Shown in pieces: positions 40,293-49,114 of a stretch of 64,000 nucleotides of DNA (positions are counted from its first letter, which is position 1; each line of letters opens with the position of its first letter). The notes under the pieces were generated by a model. It had not been told where the DNA came from. It worked only from the letters and a program-made list of their open reading frames with translations, and made no database searches. A program made the position numbers and the translations under genes. Location: contig CAZQIE010000005.1 of assembly GCA_964593675.1 (NCBI GenBank), forward strand, positions 4,994 to 68,993, written 5' to 3'. The DNA comes from an uncultured Opitutales bacterium (lineage in GTDB: Bacteria > Verrucomicrobiota > Verrucomicrobiia > Opitutales > CAZQIE01).

Positions 40293-40946
40293 CTAGCGGT
40301 GGCAACCGGAGCAGCTTTGCGGGGGCGTGATTTTCCAGTCGTGGACAAATTTTGTGCCCATCTCGATTTGCTTTTCGGGAGTCTCGGCTTTCCAGTTGAG
40401 GTTCGTGACCTGGTCGACAGGGCGCACAAATCGTTCCGGGCTGCGGTGGCAGTCCAGGCAAAAGGCCATCGTCAGCGGCTTTGACCGGAATACCACCGGC
40501 ATCTCGTTGACCTGACCGTGGCAGTCCACACAGCTTACCCCGCGGTTCACGTGCACGGCGTGATTGAAATACACAAAGTCTGGCATGCGGTGAACCCGCA
40601 CCCACGGAACCGCCTTCCCGGAAGCCGCGCTCTCCCGCACCACCGCGAGCAACGGGCTGTCCGGCCTCACGGCGTTGTGGCAGTTCATGCACGTCGTTGC
40701 CGACGGCACGTTCGCGTGCTCCGACCGCGTGACGTTGCTATGGCAGTAGCGGCAATCCAGCCCCAACTGGCCGACGTGGAGGCTGTGATCATACGGAACC
40801 GGCTGCACCGGCTGATACCCCACGTCCGCGTATTTCGGGGTCGCGTAATACCAGATGCCACATGTCACGGTTGTGACAAAAAGCGCAAGGGCTGCCGCGA
40901 GCTTCAACGGAACCGCGTTTGCCCATTTGGGAAAGATGTTTGCCAT
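40293..40946 (-). CDS. actA: Alternative complex III pentaheme cytochrome c subunit A
   Basis: N-terminal TM helix and five CxxCH motifs (CRYCH, CMNCH, CVDCH, CLDCH, CSGCH). Confidence 0.95.
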   Translation of the reverse strand: MANIFPKWANAVPLKLAAALALFVTTVTCGIWYYATPKYADVGYQPVQPVPYDHSLHVGQLGLDCRYCHSNVTRSEHANVPSATTCMNCHNAVRPDSPLLAVVRESAASGKAVPWVRVHRMPDFVYFNHAVHVNRGVSCVDCHGQVNEMPVVFRSKPLTMAFCLDCHRSPERFVRPVDQVTNLNWKAETPEKQIEMGTKFVHDWKITPPQSCSGCHR

Positions 40947-40996
40947 GCGTCGCTTGGTTTCCTGCTGCGCGTCCTGATTGTGGGCGCCCCGATGCC

Positions 40997-41191
40997 CTAG
41001 GCCTGGGGCCTGGCAACGGCGCGCGGCTCCTTTCGGGCCGCATAGGGCAGCGGTTCGGGCTCCGGATGGCCGGCTTCCGCCGCTTCCGCAGGCCTCGGGC
41101 GTATCCCGAAACGTGAAAGCAGCCCAGCCGCCAACGCAGCCAGCCCTAGGCTTTTCAGAAATGTCTTTCGGTCAGATGTACCGGCAGCCAT
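40997..41191 (-). CDS. Small Tat-signal-like protein upstream of actA
   Basis: 64 aa: SDRKTFLK, hydrophobic SLGLAALAAGLL, AEA-type cleavage site, 20-25-aa Pro/Arg-rich tail; 50 nt from the actA start. Confidence 0.5.
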   Translation of the reverse strand: MAAGTSDRKTFLKSLGLAALAAGLLSRFGIRPRPAEAAEAGHPEPEPLPYAARKEPRAVARPQA

Positions 41192-41306
41192 CGGTTCAGG
41201 ACAGGGTTAGGCGAAACTCATGACGGAAGAAACGCATCAACAAAGACCGCAATCGCCCCATCGCAAACGGAGTTTACCCGATGCAATGAGCCTAACAGTT
41301 CCGGTT

Positions 41307-41320
41307 ATGACCACCATCAA
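41307..41320 (-). promoter_or_regulatory. FNR-like box upstream of the ACIII-cbb3 operon
   Basis: Minus strand TTGAT-GGTG-GTCAT versus consensus TTGAT-N4-ATCAA (two mismatches in the right half). Confidence 0.45.
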
Positions 41321-41741
41321 TTCGCCTAATGGCACAACATCCAGGGCCGTTATCCGGCTAAGAAACGCTGTGCCTTGGGGCTAGGAAACGCTGGCCAGAA
41401 AAGAACCGAAACAGACGGGCGTTTGCTCACGCCCAGTAGAAACAAAAAGCCCCAGCTAAGCAAGCGCGCCGAAAGGAATCCCTGCGAATCCGTGGGAGCT
41501 CGTAACGTCTAGAGCACATGCAGTTCAAGTTGTCCCATCAATAGCCGGGCCTTTTTCGCCCGCGGCGACGCGAGGCTGCGGCGTCCACGCTCGCCAAAGG
41601 GCCGCATTCCGAGTCGTGCAGCCAAAAGATACGGACCAAGCCGTGCGTCGTCGCCGCAGCATCGGCGTAAGCGACGACTTGAAATGGAACTACGCCAAGC
41701 GGCCAACGCCACGAAACGACTCCACCTGAGCAACCGAGGGC

Positions 41742-42677
41742 TCAGGTCCCCTCGATCATCTTGAACGCAAGCGTGAGGCCCCGGTAGGGCGTGCCCTTCG
41801 GGTGCGGGCGTGCCGCCGCGTTCTTCAAGGCGTCCAGCACGGACTGGTCGAACGCGGGCATTCCGGAAGATTGCGTGATCCTGCCGTTCACGATCTTCCC
41901 GCTCGCAAGGACGTCAAACTCCGCAACCGCGACAAGCTGGCGCCCCATGAGCTCCTGCGGCTTTTCCCAAGCCACGTCGATCGCCTTCTTGAGCCCATTG
42001 AAAAAAGCAGCCTCCAGCGGGTCGCCCTGTTGGCCACCGCCGCCATTCCCTGTTCCGCCCTCGACACCACCACCCGCGGGCCCGTCGCCACCGCCACCGG
42101 GTGTCTTTCCAATGCCCGTCATGTTCGCGAAAGCCTCGCGTAGTGCCTTCGCATCGACTTTGGTTCCGGGAGGCGCCGTGCCCTGCGAGCCCGACGTTTG
42201 CGGCTTCGCCTTGCCTGACGTCGTCTTCCCCTGAGATTTCAGAAAATCCTCGTAGCTCATCTTCGAGGATTCCTTCGCGTCCTTGGCCGGCTTTGTGGCT
42301 GTCGGGGTCGGCGCGGCCTTGTCGTCCGCTTTAGGTTGGGTCTTGGACTTTGTCGGCGTCGCCTCAGGCTCGGGGTCGACGGGGAGGTCCGGAATGACCG
42401 GCTTCTTGATATCCGGCAGCGGCGGAAGCTTCTTCATGTCCAGCTTCACGTCACCACGCCCACCCTTCGGTCCTGGTCCCGCGCCACGCCCGGGCCCCGG
42501 AGGCGGCGGCTCGCCAGGCGGCATGTTCACGAGCGTCATTATCGTCTGCCCAGGCTCGGGCGGCGTGCGGAACTGTGCCAGATAAACGGACCCGACAAGC
42601 AGGCCAAAACCCAGGAAGTGGAGCCCCAGAGATATGAGGAATCCCTTCTTCTCAGATTGATCGACGACGGCACCCAT
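41742..42677 (-). CDS. TonB/TolA-like energy transducer
   Basis: N-terminal TM helix with SLGLH (S-H motif), Pro/Lys/Gly-rich spacer, TonB-C-like end (ITQSSGMPAFDQSVLDAL). Confidence 0.85.
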   Translation of the reverse strand: MGAVVDQSEKKGFLISLGLHFLGFGLLVGSVYLAQFRTPPEPGQTIMTLVNMPPGEPPPPGPGRGAGPGPKGGRGDVKLDMKKLPPLPDIKKPVIPDLPVDPEPEATPTKSKTQPKADDKAAPTPTATKPAKDAKESSKMSYEDFLKSQGKTTSGKAKPQTSGSQGTAPPGTKVDAKALREAFANMTGIGKTPGGGGDGPAGGGVEGGTGNGGGGQQGDPLEAAFFNGLKKAIDVAWEKPQELMGRQLVAVAEFDVLASGKIVNGRITQSSGMPAFDQSVLDALKNAAARPHPKGTPYRGLTLAFKMIEGT

Positions 42678-42680
42678 GAC

Positions 42681-43100
42681 CTACTTAACCTGCGTGTCAA
42701 AACTGATTTTGGTGAGGTTCGCGGCCTTCACCTTGTCCATCAGGTCTATGACCTTCTGGTAAGGAATGCCCGAGTCCGCGCGGATGCTCAAAACTGGCGG
42801 GTCGGTCTTGATCGAAAGGTCACGCAGTAGCTGCTCCAGCTTCGAAGCTGAAACCGGCTGGTCGCCCCAGAAATATTGGCCGGTCTTGTCGATCGAGACC
42901 GCCTGGAACTGCACCTTCTCGGGCCGGCGCGAACTTGTGTTCTGCCGCTGCTCAGGCAGGTCGATGGAAATCGTCTGCTCCAGCAACGGCGTGGTGATCA
43001 TGAAAATGATCAGCAGGCAGAACGTCAGGTCCAGCAGAGAGGTGACGTTGATCTCCGCGAGAGCCGTCGTTTCGCGCTTGCGGTGAAAGCTTCGTGCCAT
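42681..43100 (-). CDS. ExbD/TolR biopolymer transporter
   Basis: AEINVTSLLDLTFCLLIIFMIT; SIRADSGIPYQKVIDLMD. Confidence 0.92.
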   Translation of the reverse strand: MARSFHRKRETTALAEINVTSLLDLTFCLLIIFMITTPLLEQTISIDLPEQRQNTSSRRPEKVQFQAVSIDKTGQYFWGDQPVSASKLEQLLRDLSIKTDPPVLSIRADSGIPYQKVIDLMDKVKAANLTKISFDTQVK

Positions 43101-43124
43101 GACGGGCGGGGCCGCTCGGACCCT

Positions 43125-43853
43125 TTAAACCTGCTCTTCCTGTTGCGCGGCCGTGAGCTCAAGCTCCACACGGTCCGCAAGGGCACTGGCAAAGTTCTCC
43201 AGCTCAAGGATCATGACCTTCGCCTGCGTGAGAAGGAAGTTGTAGCCGAAGACCGACGGGATCGCCACAAGGAGGCCGCAGACCGTCGTCAGCAACGCGC
43301 CGGAAACACCGGGTGCCAGCGCCTGAAGCGTGGCGTTTGCGCGCAGGGCCATGCCGCCAAAGGCGTCCATGACGCCCCAGACCGTGCCGAGCAGCCCCAT
43401 GAATGGCGCGCCCGACACCATCGAGCCCAGCAGTACCATCTTCGACTCATACCGCGCCGTCACCTGGGCGACTTCGCGTTGCAGGGCGTTTTCCACGTGG
43501 CCCATCTGAAGCTCAATAGACAGCCGCGTGCCCTCGGGCGTCACCGCCCCGTAGCGCTGGAGCGCCCGCTGCGCCTCGTCCATCAGGCGCGCGTACGGGC
43601 CGGTCAGCCCGCTCGTCTTCATCGTAATCGCCGAATCCGCCTGCCGCATCTTGTTCTCGAATGCGCGGTTCAAATCCCGCATGCGGGAAAGGTCCAGGTA
43701 CTTGCCGATCATCACCGTCCAGGCGAGAAGGCTGAAGAAAACGAGGACGATGGCGATAACCTTGCCGGCAAGGTCTGCCTGCGCGAAATACGTAAAGACG
43801 CCCGGGTGGCTGGTAGCGGCCTCGGCAAGCGTGATGGGAAACGGAAAGCTCAT
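43125..43853 (-). CDS. MotA/TolQ/ExbB proton channel family protein
   Basis: APFMGLLGTVWGVMDAFG, APGVSGALLTT..GL.VAIP. Confidence 0.93.
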   Translation of the reverse strand: MSFPFPITLAEAATSHPGVFTYFAQADLAGKVIAIVLVFFSLLAWTVMIGKYLDLSRMRDLNRAFENKMRQADSAITMKTSGLTGPYARLMDEAQRALQRYGAVTPEGTRLSIELQMGHVENALQREVAQVTARYESKMVLLGSMVSGAPFMGLLGTVWGVMDAFGGMALRANATLQALAPGVSGALLTTVCGLLVAIPSVFGYNFLLTQAKVMILELENFASALADRVELELTAAQQEEQV

Positions 43854-44082
43854 TGCCCTGTGTCAAAAGGAGAAAGAAAAACCGGCGGCCCGTGGGAAGA
43901 TCCGGGCGAATCAAGCGCGCATTGTGGTGACCGCCCGAGGACAGACGCAAACACAAATTGGGCCGAACTCGGGTTCCTCCGCATCTATGACCGGAGGCTC
44001 TCCCGGAAGTTCGTCACCTCCAGACAGTCTTGACGCCGCAGCCCTTTCGCGCCGATACCTTTCGCCTCCACACCTGTCCACC

Positions 44083-44760
44083 ATGCTTGAGTCGCTTAAG
44101 GAGCTTTTCCATTACCTTTACTCGCCCGAGGGGATCACCGAGATCATCAAAACCGGCGGTCTCGTCGCCCTCATCGCCATCGTCTTTGCGGAAACCGGCC
44201 TGCTCGTGGGCTTCTTCCTCCCCGGAGACTCCCTGCTCGTGACGGCTGGCTTGCTCGCGGCGCAGGTGGACAAGGCTACGGGCGAACCCATCCTGAATGT
44301 GTGGTGGGTCACGGTCTCGCTCATCCTCGCCGCCATCATTGGCGACCAGGTCGGTTACTGGTTGGGAACCAAGACGGGGCACGCCATCTTCCAACGCGAA
44401 GACTCCCGGTTCTTCAAAAAGAAATACGCCCTCGAGGCCCACGAGTTCTACCTGCGCCACGGCGGCAAGGCGATCGTGCTGGCCCGCTTCATTCCCATTT
44501 TCCGCACCTTCGTCCCGTTCATGGCAGGTGTCGCCGACATGCCTTACCGGAACTTCGTCGGCTTTAACATCTTTGGCGGCGTGCTGTGGGTGGTTTCGAT
44601 GGTCTGGATCGGCTACGGACTCGGGCAAACCCCGCTCGCGAACCAGCTTCACAAGATCATCATCGTCGTCGTGCTCGTGTCCGTGCTCCCCATCGTGATC
44701 GGCTCCTACAAACGCTGGCGGACAGGGCGAACCAAGAAAGCCACCGCCTCGGTGACGTAA
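44083..44760 (+). CDS. DedA family (VTT-domain) membrane protein
   Basis: IVFAETGLLVGFFLPGDSLL, AAIIGDQVGYWLG, LARFIPIFRTFVPFMAG. Start at ATG 44083. Confidence 0.93.
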   Translation: MLESLKELFHYLYSPEGITEIIKTGGLVALIAIVFAETGLLVGFFLPGDSLLVTAGLLAAQVDKATGEPILNVWWVTVSLILAAIIGDQVGYWLGTKTGHAIFQREDSRFFKKKYALEAHEFYLRHGGKAIVLARFIPIFRTFVPFMAGVADMPYRNFVGFNIFGGVLWVVSMVWIGYGLGQTPLANQLHKIIIVVVLVSVLPIVIGSYKRWRTGRTKKATASVT

Positions 44761-44780
44761 CCCGCGGACCGGCGTCCTCT

Positions 44781-45857
44781 TTACGACGAGCACCGGCACG
44801 CCGCACGCGCTTCCGAGGCCGACGGCCTGCGCTGGATCCCCTCCCAGGCGCGCGTCGCTTTCTCGCAAAGCTCAGCCTTGCACCGGGCGACCTCCGCCTC
44901 CCGCGCCCGCAGGTTTTCATTGGCTATCTTGGCCAGATCGGCGAGGTCGTACACAAAAACATTGGGGAGACCGTCCACTCCCGGCTCGACATCCCGCGGC
45001 ACCGCCAGATCCACCAGGAAAAGCGGCTGCGCCGGGCGATCGTGCATCGCGCCTGAAACCGCTGCCGCCTGGATCACCGGCTCCGGTGCGGCAGTCGACG
45101 AGACCACGATATCGAAATCCCGCAAGTGGCGGGGAAACCGGGCGAACTCGAGAGCCGAACCATCCACCGCGCGGGCAAGGGCCTCCGCCTTTTCCAGCGT
45201 ACGCGTGGTGACCGTGATGTTTTCCGCCCCACGGCTCTTCATGGCCTGCAACGTCTTTTCGCCGACCTCCCCTGCCCCGACCACCAGCACACGGCACGTG
45301 GAAAGATCCCCAAAAATGCGGCCTGCGAGCTCCGCGGCGACGTTGCCGATACTCACCTGACCCCGCCCAACCCCCGTGTGCGTTCTCGCCCACTTGGCCG
45401 CCTGAAGGCACTTCTGCAACACGCGGTTGAGCGCCGGCCCTGCGGCGCCGGTTTCCTGTGCGTGCGCGTAGGCTTCCTTCACCTGACCCAAAATCTCGGT
45501 CTCGCCCACGAGCTGGGAATCCAGCCCGGCGGCGACACCAAACAGGTGCGCAACCGCCTCCGTATCCTTCAGCGCAAACGTGTTCGGGCCCAGCACGTCC
45601 GCAGGCATATTGAAGAAATGGGCGACCAGATGCGCGAGGCTCCTGCTCGGTGGCGCACCAACTTCCGCGCTGAGCACGGCATAAAGCTCAAGCCGGTTGC
45701 ATGTGGAAAGGATGAGGGCCTCGCTTACGCCAGGAAGCGCCCGCAACTCCGCGTACAGCCTGTCGAGCGTCCCGGGGGTGAGCGCGAGCTTTTCCCGGAA
45801 TTCCAAAGGCGCCGTCCGGTGCGAACAGCCGATGACGTGGAGTTCAACGGGATGCAT
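44781..45857 (-). CDS. hemA: Glutamyl-tRNA reductase (short form)
   Basis: HRTAPLEFRE, LSTCNRLE (catalytic Cys), HLFGVAAGLDSQLVGETEILGQ, VVGAGE, DLAVPRDV. Start at ATG 45857. Confidence 0.95.
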   Translation of the reverse strand: MHPVELHVIGCSHRTAPLEFREKLALTPGTLDRLYAELRALPGVSEALILSTCNRLELYAVLSAEVGAPPSRSLAHLVAHFFNMPADVLGPNTFALKDTEAVAHLFGVAAGLDSQLVGETEILGQVKEAYAHAQETGAAGPALNRVLQKCLQAAKWARTHTGVGRGQVSIGNVAAELAGRIFGDLSTCRVLVVGAGEVGEKTLQAMKSRGAENITVTTRTLEKAEALARAVDGSALEFARFPRHLRDFDIVVSSTAAPEPVIQAAAVSGAMHDRPAQPLFLVDLAVPRDVEPGVDGLPNVFVYDLADLAKIANENLRAREAEVARCKAELCEKATRAWEGIQRRPSASEARAACRCSS

Positions 45858-46695
45858 GGTCCGGCATGAAGGCGTGCTGGCGACGTTCCCGCGCCCGGTC
45901 GACCGGCCACAGGGAGAACAGCGCCACAACGAAGAGAACAAGGCACGCGATGGCGAAGCGGCGCCCCACCAGTTTCCCGCGTGACCGCAACACCACGACT
46001 CCGAGAGCCCACGCCCACAACGCGGCGGCAACAATCAGCTTCAACGCCCCCACGCCCCGCGGATCGCCGATCCAGTTGAACAGGCCCAGCGCCACCGCGA
46101 GCGTGAGCACCCAAAAGCCCACGTGCAGAAGCCGCTGGTTCATCGCATCCAGCTCCCGCAGCGGCGGCAGCAGCGCAAAGATTCCCGCAAAACGCTTTTG
46201 GTGGAGACCGTAGTCCTGCAGCGAATACATGAGGCTCGTAACCGCGAGCAGGCCGAAAACCCCGTAGCTGAAGATTGCCAGCGCCACGTGGAACTCCACC
46301 CACGGATTCGCTGAAAACGTCACGGTCGCCCGCGTGTCCCATTCCGGGAAACTCAACGACACCGCGCATAGCACCGTTGCGAGCAGGGACGCGAAGAAGC
46401 CCAGCAGCCGCAACTGGAACGACGTCCGCAGGATCAATTTCAAAAGCACCGTCACCCACGCGATCACCTGAAGCGTCTCAAACGTGTTACCCAACGGGAA
46501 CAAGCCCGTCTGCAACCCACGCAGGTAAAGCCCAAGCGTCTGGAAACCGAACCCACCGGCCACAAGCGTGTAAAACAGCGGGCGGACGTGACTGCGCCCG
46601 AGGACGACGTATGCGAGCGAATACAGGAAACCGGCCAGGTAGAGGCCAGTCCCCACCCAGAGCAGCGTGCGGGTATCCGCAGGAAAGAAATTCAT
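45844..46695 (-). CDS. CcsA/YpjD-family membrane protein, HemX-like
   Basis: About 8 TM helices; PLGNTFE, WVEFHVALAIFSYG, LYSLQD..L…LPPLRELD. Lacks the Trp-rich WxWD motif. Overlaps the hemA start. Confidence 0.8.
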   Translation of the reverse strand: MNFFPADTRTLLWVGTGLYLAGFLYSLAYVVLGRSHVRPLFYTLVAGGFGFQTLGLYLRGLQTGLFPLGNTFETLQVIAWVTVLLKLILRTSFQLRLLGFFASLLATVLCAVSLSFPEWDTRATVTFSANPWVEFHVALAIFSYGVFGLLAVTSLMYSLQDYGLHQKRFAGIFALLPPLRELDAMNQRLLHVGFWVLTLAVALGLFNWIGDPRGVGALKLIVAAALWAWALGVVVLRSRGKLVGRRFAIACLVLFVVALFSLWPVDRARERRQHAFMPDHASR

Positions 46696-46708
46696 GACAA
46701 AGCGCCCG

Positions 46709-47734
46709 TTAACCCTGCGCACCACCGCGCCACGCGTCAATGCGCGTCCGGAGGAACGAGATCCAGCGCGGGTGCTCGTTCAGGCACGGGATCTGGGCAA
46801 ATTCCTTCCCGCCAGCCGCTATGAACGTCTCGCGTCCCGTGATGGAAAGCTCCTCCAGGGTCTCGAGACAATCCGAGACAAACGCCGGGCTTATCACGAG
46901 AAGCCGCTTCACGCCTTCTCTGGGCAAGTCCGCGAGCCGGAAATCCGTATACGGCTTCAGCCAGGGGTCCCGGCCCAGCCGCGACTGGAACGAGACTTCG
47001 TACTGCCCGGGCTTCAGGCCCGCGCGCTCCGCAAACAGCTCAACCGTCCGGTAACACTGGTGCCGGTAGCACGTGGCGTGGGCCGGGTTGGCGACGCTGC
47101 AACAGTCGGCGGAGCACAGGCAGTGCGCATGCGAAGGATCGCCCTTGCGCAAATGGCGCTCCGGCAGCCCATGGAACGAGAATAGGAGCTTGTCGAACCC
47201 GCGCTCCAGGTGCGGACGGGCGCTCTCAACAAGAGCGTCGATGTAGTCCGGCTCGCCGTAAAAGGGCTGGAGGATGTGCATCTTTACCTGCGGGATCTGC
47301 CGCCGCAGCTCATTGCTCGCGCACACGAGCGCGGACTCGTAGCTGGACATCGCGTAGTGCGGGTACAGCGGCATCACGAAAACCTCAGTCACCCCGGCTT
47401 TCCGCAATTCCTCCACAGCCGCAGCCGTGGACGGATTGCCGTAGCGCATCCCGAGCGCCACCGGAATACCCAGCCCCCGCGCGACGAGGTCACGCACGCG
47501 GCGACTGATCACCAGCAAGGGCGCGCCCTCGGGCGTCCATACCCGCGAATAAGCCTCCGCCGACTTCTTCGGCCTGAAGGGCAGGATGAAGCAGTTCAGC
47601 ACGAACCACCGGATCGGTGCAGGGGCGTCCAACACCCGCGCATCCCCGAGAAATTCCCGCAGGTAGCGCCGGACCGGTTCGGGTTCCGGGGCGTCCGGAG
47701 AGCCCAGGTTAAGAAGTAAGACGCCTTTGCTCAT
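46709..47734 (-). CDS. hemH: Ferrochelatase
   Basis: GVLLLNLGSP, MRYGNP, PLYPHYA, LLFSFHGLP, FQSRLG..PWLKP, FVSDCLETLEE. Confidence 0.96.
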   Translation of the reverse strand: MSKGVLLLNLGSPDAPEPEPVRRYLREFLGDARVLDAPAPIRWFVLNCFILPFRPKKSAEAYSRVWTPEGAPLLVISRRVRDLVARGLGIPVALGMRYGNPSTAAAVEELRKAGVTEVFVMPLYPHYAMSSYESALVCASNELRRQIPQVKMHILQPFYGEPDYIDALVESARPHLERGFDKLLFSFHGLPERHLRKGDPSHAHCLCSADCCSVANPAHATCYRHQCYRTVELFAERAGLKPGQYEVSFQSRLGRDPWLKPYTDFRLADLPREGVKRLLVISPAFVSDCLETLEELSITGRETFIAAGGKEFAQIPCLNEHPRWISFLRTRIDAWRGGAQG

Positions 47735-47761
47735 GTAAAACGAATCGGTCGTTAGCTCCCA

Positions 47762-49114
47762 CTACTTAGCGAGTCGCTCCCCCAGCGCCAGCCCGTTTTG
47801 CAGGCACTGCACCGCCGAGATGCCCCCACGGAAGTTGCCTGCCACATGCAGGCCCGGCCACTGCCGCTCTGCGTCCTCCAGGCACGTCAAATACCGCCCG
47901 TAACCGCACGTGTACTGCGGGATGGAACGCGGCCACAGTATGTGCCTGATGAAACACGGGGCGCCCTGCACCCCAAGCAGCCGCCGCAGGTCGCCCAGGG
48001 CCACTTCCACAAGCCTCCCCGTTTCCAGGCCCGCAAGCTCAGGCTGGCGCGTGCCGCCTATAAACGTCGTCAGGCAGACCTTGCCGTCCGGCGCCCGGTG
48101 CCCATACAGGCTTGATGAGAACAGAGTCCCAAGAATCGAAAGGCGCTCAATTTCCGGAACCAAGGCGCCAAACCCGTCCAGCGGGTGCGCCACCTGTGCA
48201 CGGTCGAACCCGAGCGCCAGAACCGAAATCGGAGGATGCGGTATGGCCCCCAACGGCTGCAACTGGGCCAGAAGCGGCCGCGGCAACGGAAGCCCACTGA
48301 GCGCATAGGCCGGCACAGCCAGCACCACCGCGTCGAAAACTTCCGTCCGCTCGCCGCCCCGTGCGGACCACGAAAGCGACCAGCCCTGCTCCGTCCGGCC
48401 CACGCTTCTCACCACGGCGGACGTCTCCACCGCGCTGCCCAGCGACGCCGCGAGCGCCAAGGGAAGCTCATGCAGACCGTTCGCGAATGAGACCAGCCGC
48501 GCCTTTATGCGGTCCGTCCCCTTCCACTCGCGCTTCTTGGCGATCGCGCCCCGTATGAGCGAGCCATGGTCGCGCTCCAGCGCATACAGGCGTGGGAAAC
48601 CGTGCCGCACAGACAGTTGCTCGGGGCTGCCCGCATATACCCCGGCCACAAAAGCGTTGATCGCGCGCGTCAGAAATTCCTCGCCAAGCCTGCGCCTCAC
48701 GAAGCTTGCAAGAGACTCGTCGTCCTCCGTCGCCTTCGGAGCCCGGATGAACGGCTCCGCGAAAAGGCGCAGCTTTGCCCGTGCGCTGAACAACGGCGAC
48801 GCAATGAACCCGAGGGGCGACAGCGGGGCTGCAACGGGCCTGCCCCCCCGCACGATATAGCGGTTCCGCGCCTCCGCGCTCGATTCCAGCGGCTTTAGCC
48901 CGAGCTTCTCGAGGAACGAAAGCACGCCGGCGCTCGTCACCTGCAGCGTGTTTGGCCCCAGTTCGATCTGGAAGCCCGCCTCGCGCACCGTCCGCATCGC
49001 CCCACCCACTTCGGCCGCAGACTCCAGCACGCGGACCTCCGCGCCCGCCTGCTTCGCTGACCACGCGGTCGTTAACCCGGTAATGCCGGCCCCGATAATT
49101 GCGACGCGCTTCAT
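47762..49114 (-). CDS. hemY: FAD-dependent protoporphyrinogen oxidase (HemY type)
   Basis: IIGAGITGL, ELGPN, GVYAG.PEQLS, GFGALVP, FIGG, W.RSIPQY. Confidence 0.9.
   Translation of the reverse strand: MKRVAIIGAGITGLTTAWSAKQAGAEVRVLESAAEVGGAMRTVREAGFQIELGPNTLQVTSAGVLSFLEKLGLKPLESSAEARNRYIVRGGRPVAAPLSPLGFIASPLFSARAKLRLFAEPFIRAPKATEDDESLASFVRRRLGEEFLTRAINAFVAGVYAGSPEQLSVRHGFPRLYALERDHGSLIRGAIAKKREWKGTDRIKARLVSFANGLHELPLALAASLGSAVETSAVVRSVGRTEQGWSLSWSARGGERTEVFDAVVLAVPAYALSGLPLPRPLLAQLQPLGAIPHPPISVLALGFDRAQVAHPLDGFGALVPEIERLSILGTLFSSSLYGHRAPDGKVCLTTFIGGTRQPELAGLETGRLVEVALGDLRRLLGVQGAPCFIRHILWPRSIPQYTCGYGRYLTCLEDAERQWPGLHVAGNFRGGISAVQCLQNGLALGERLAK

Noticed and set aside
41192-41741. Known ncRNA (tmRNA, RNase P, SRP, riboswitch) or the 74-aa ORF 41509..41733
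   Set aside because: No hallmark motifs recognised, and the ORF has no protein-like features. Kept only as a regulatory region.
43651-44082. N-terminal extension of the DedA ORF
   Set aside because: Overlaps exbB/tolQ antisense and its promoter region; DedA homology starts at ATG 44083.
45844-46695. Calling this gene a functional cytochrome c synthase ccsA
   Set aside because: The Trp-rich WxWD motif is absent and no ccsB is adjacent; left as HemX-like without a gene symbol.
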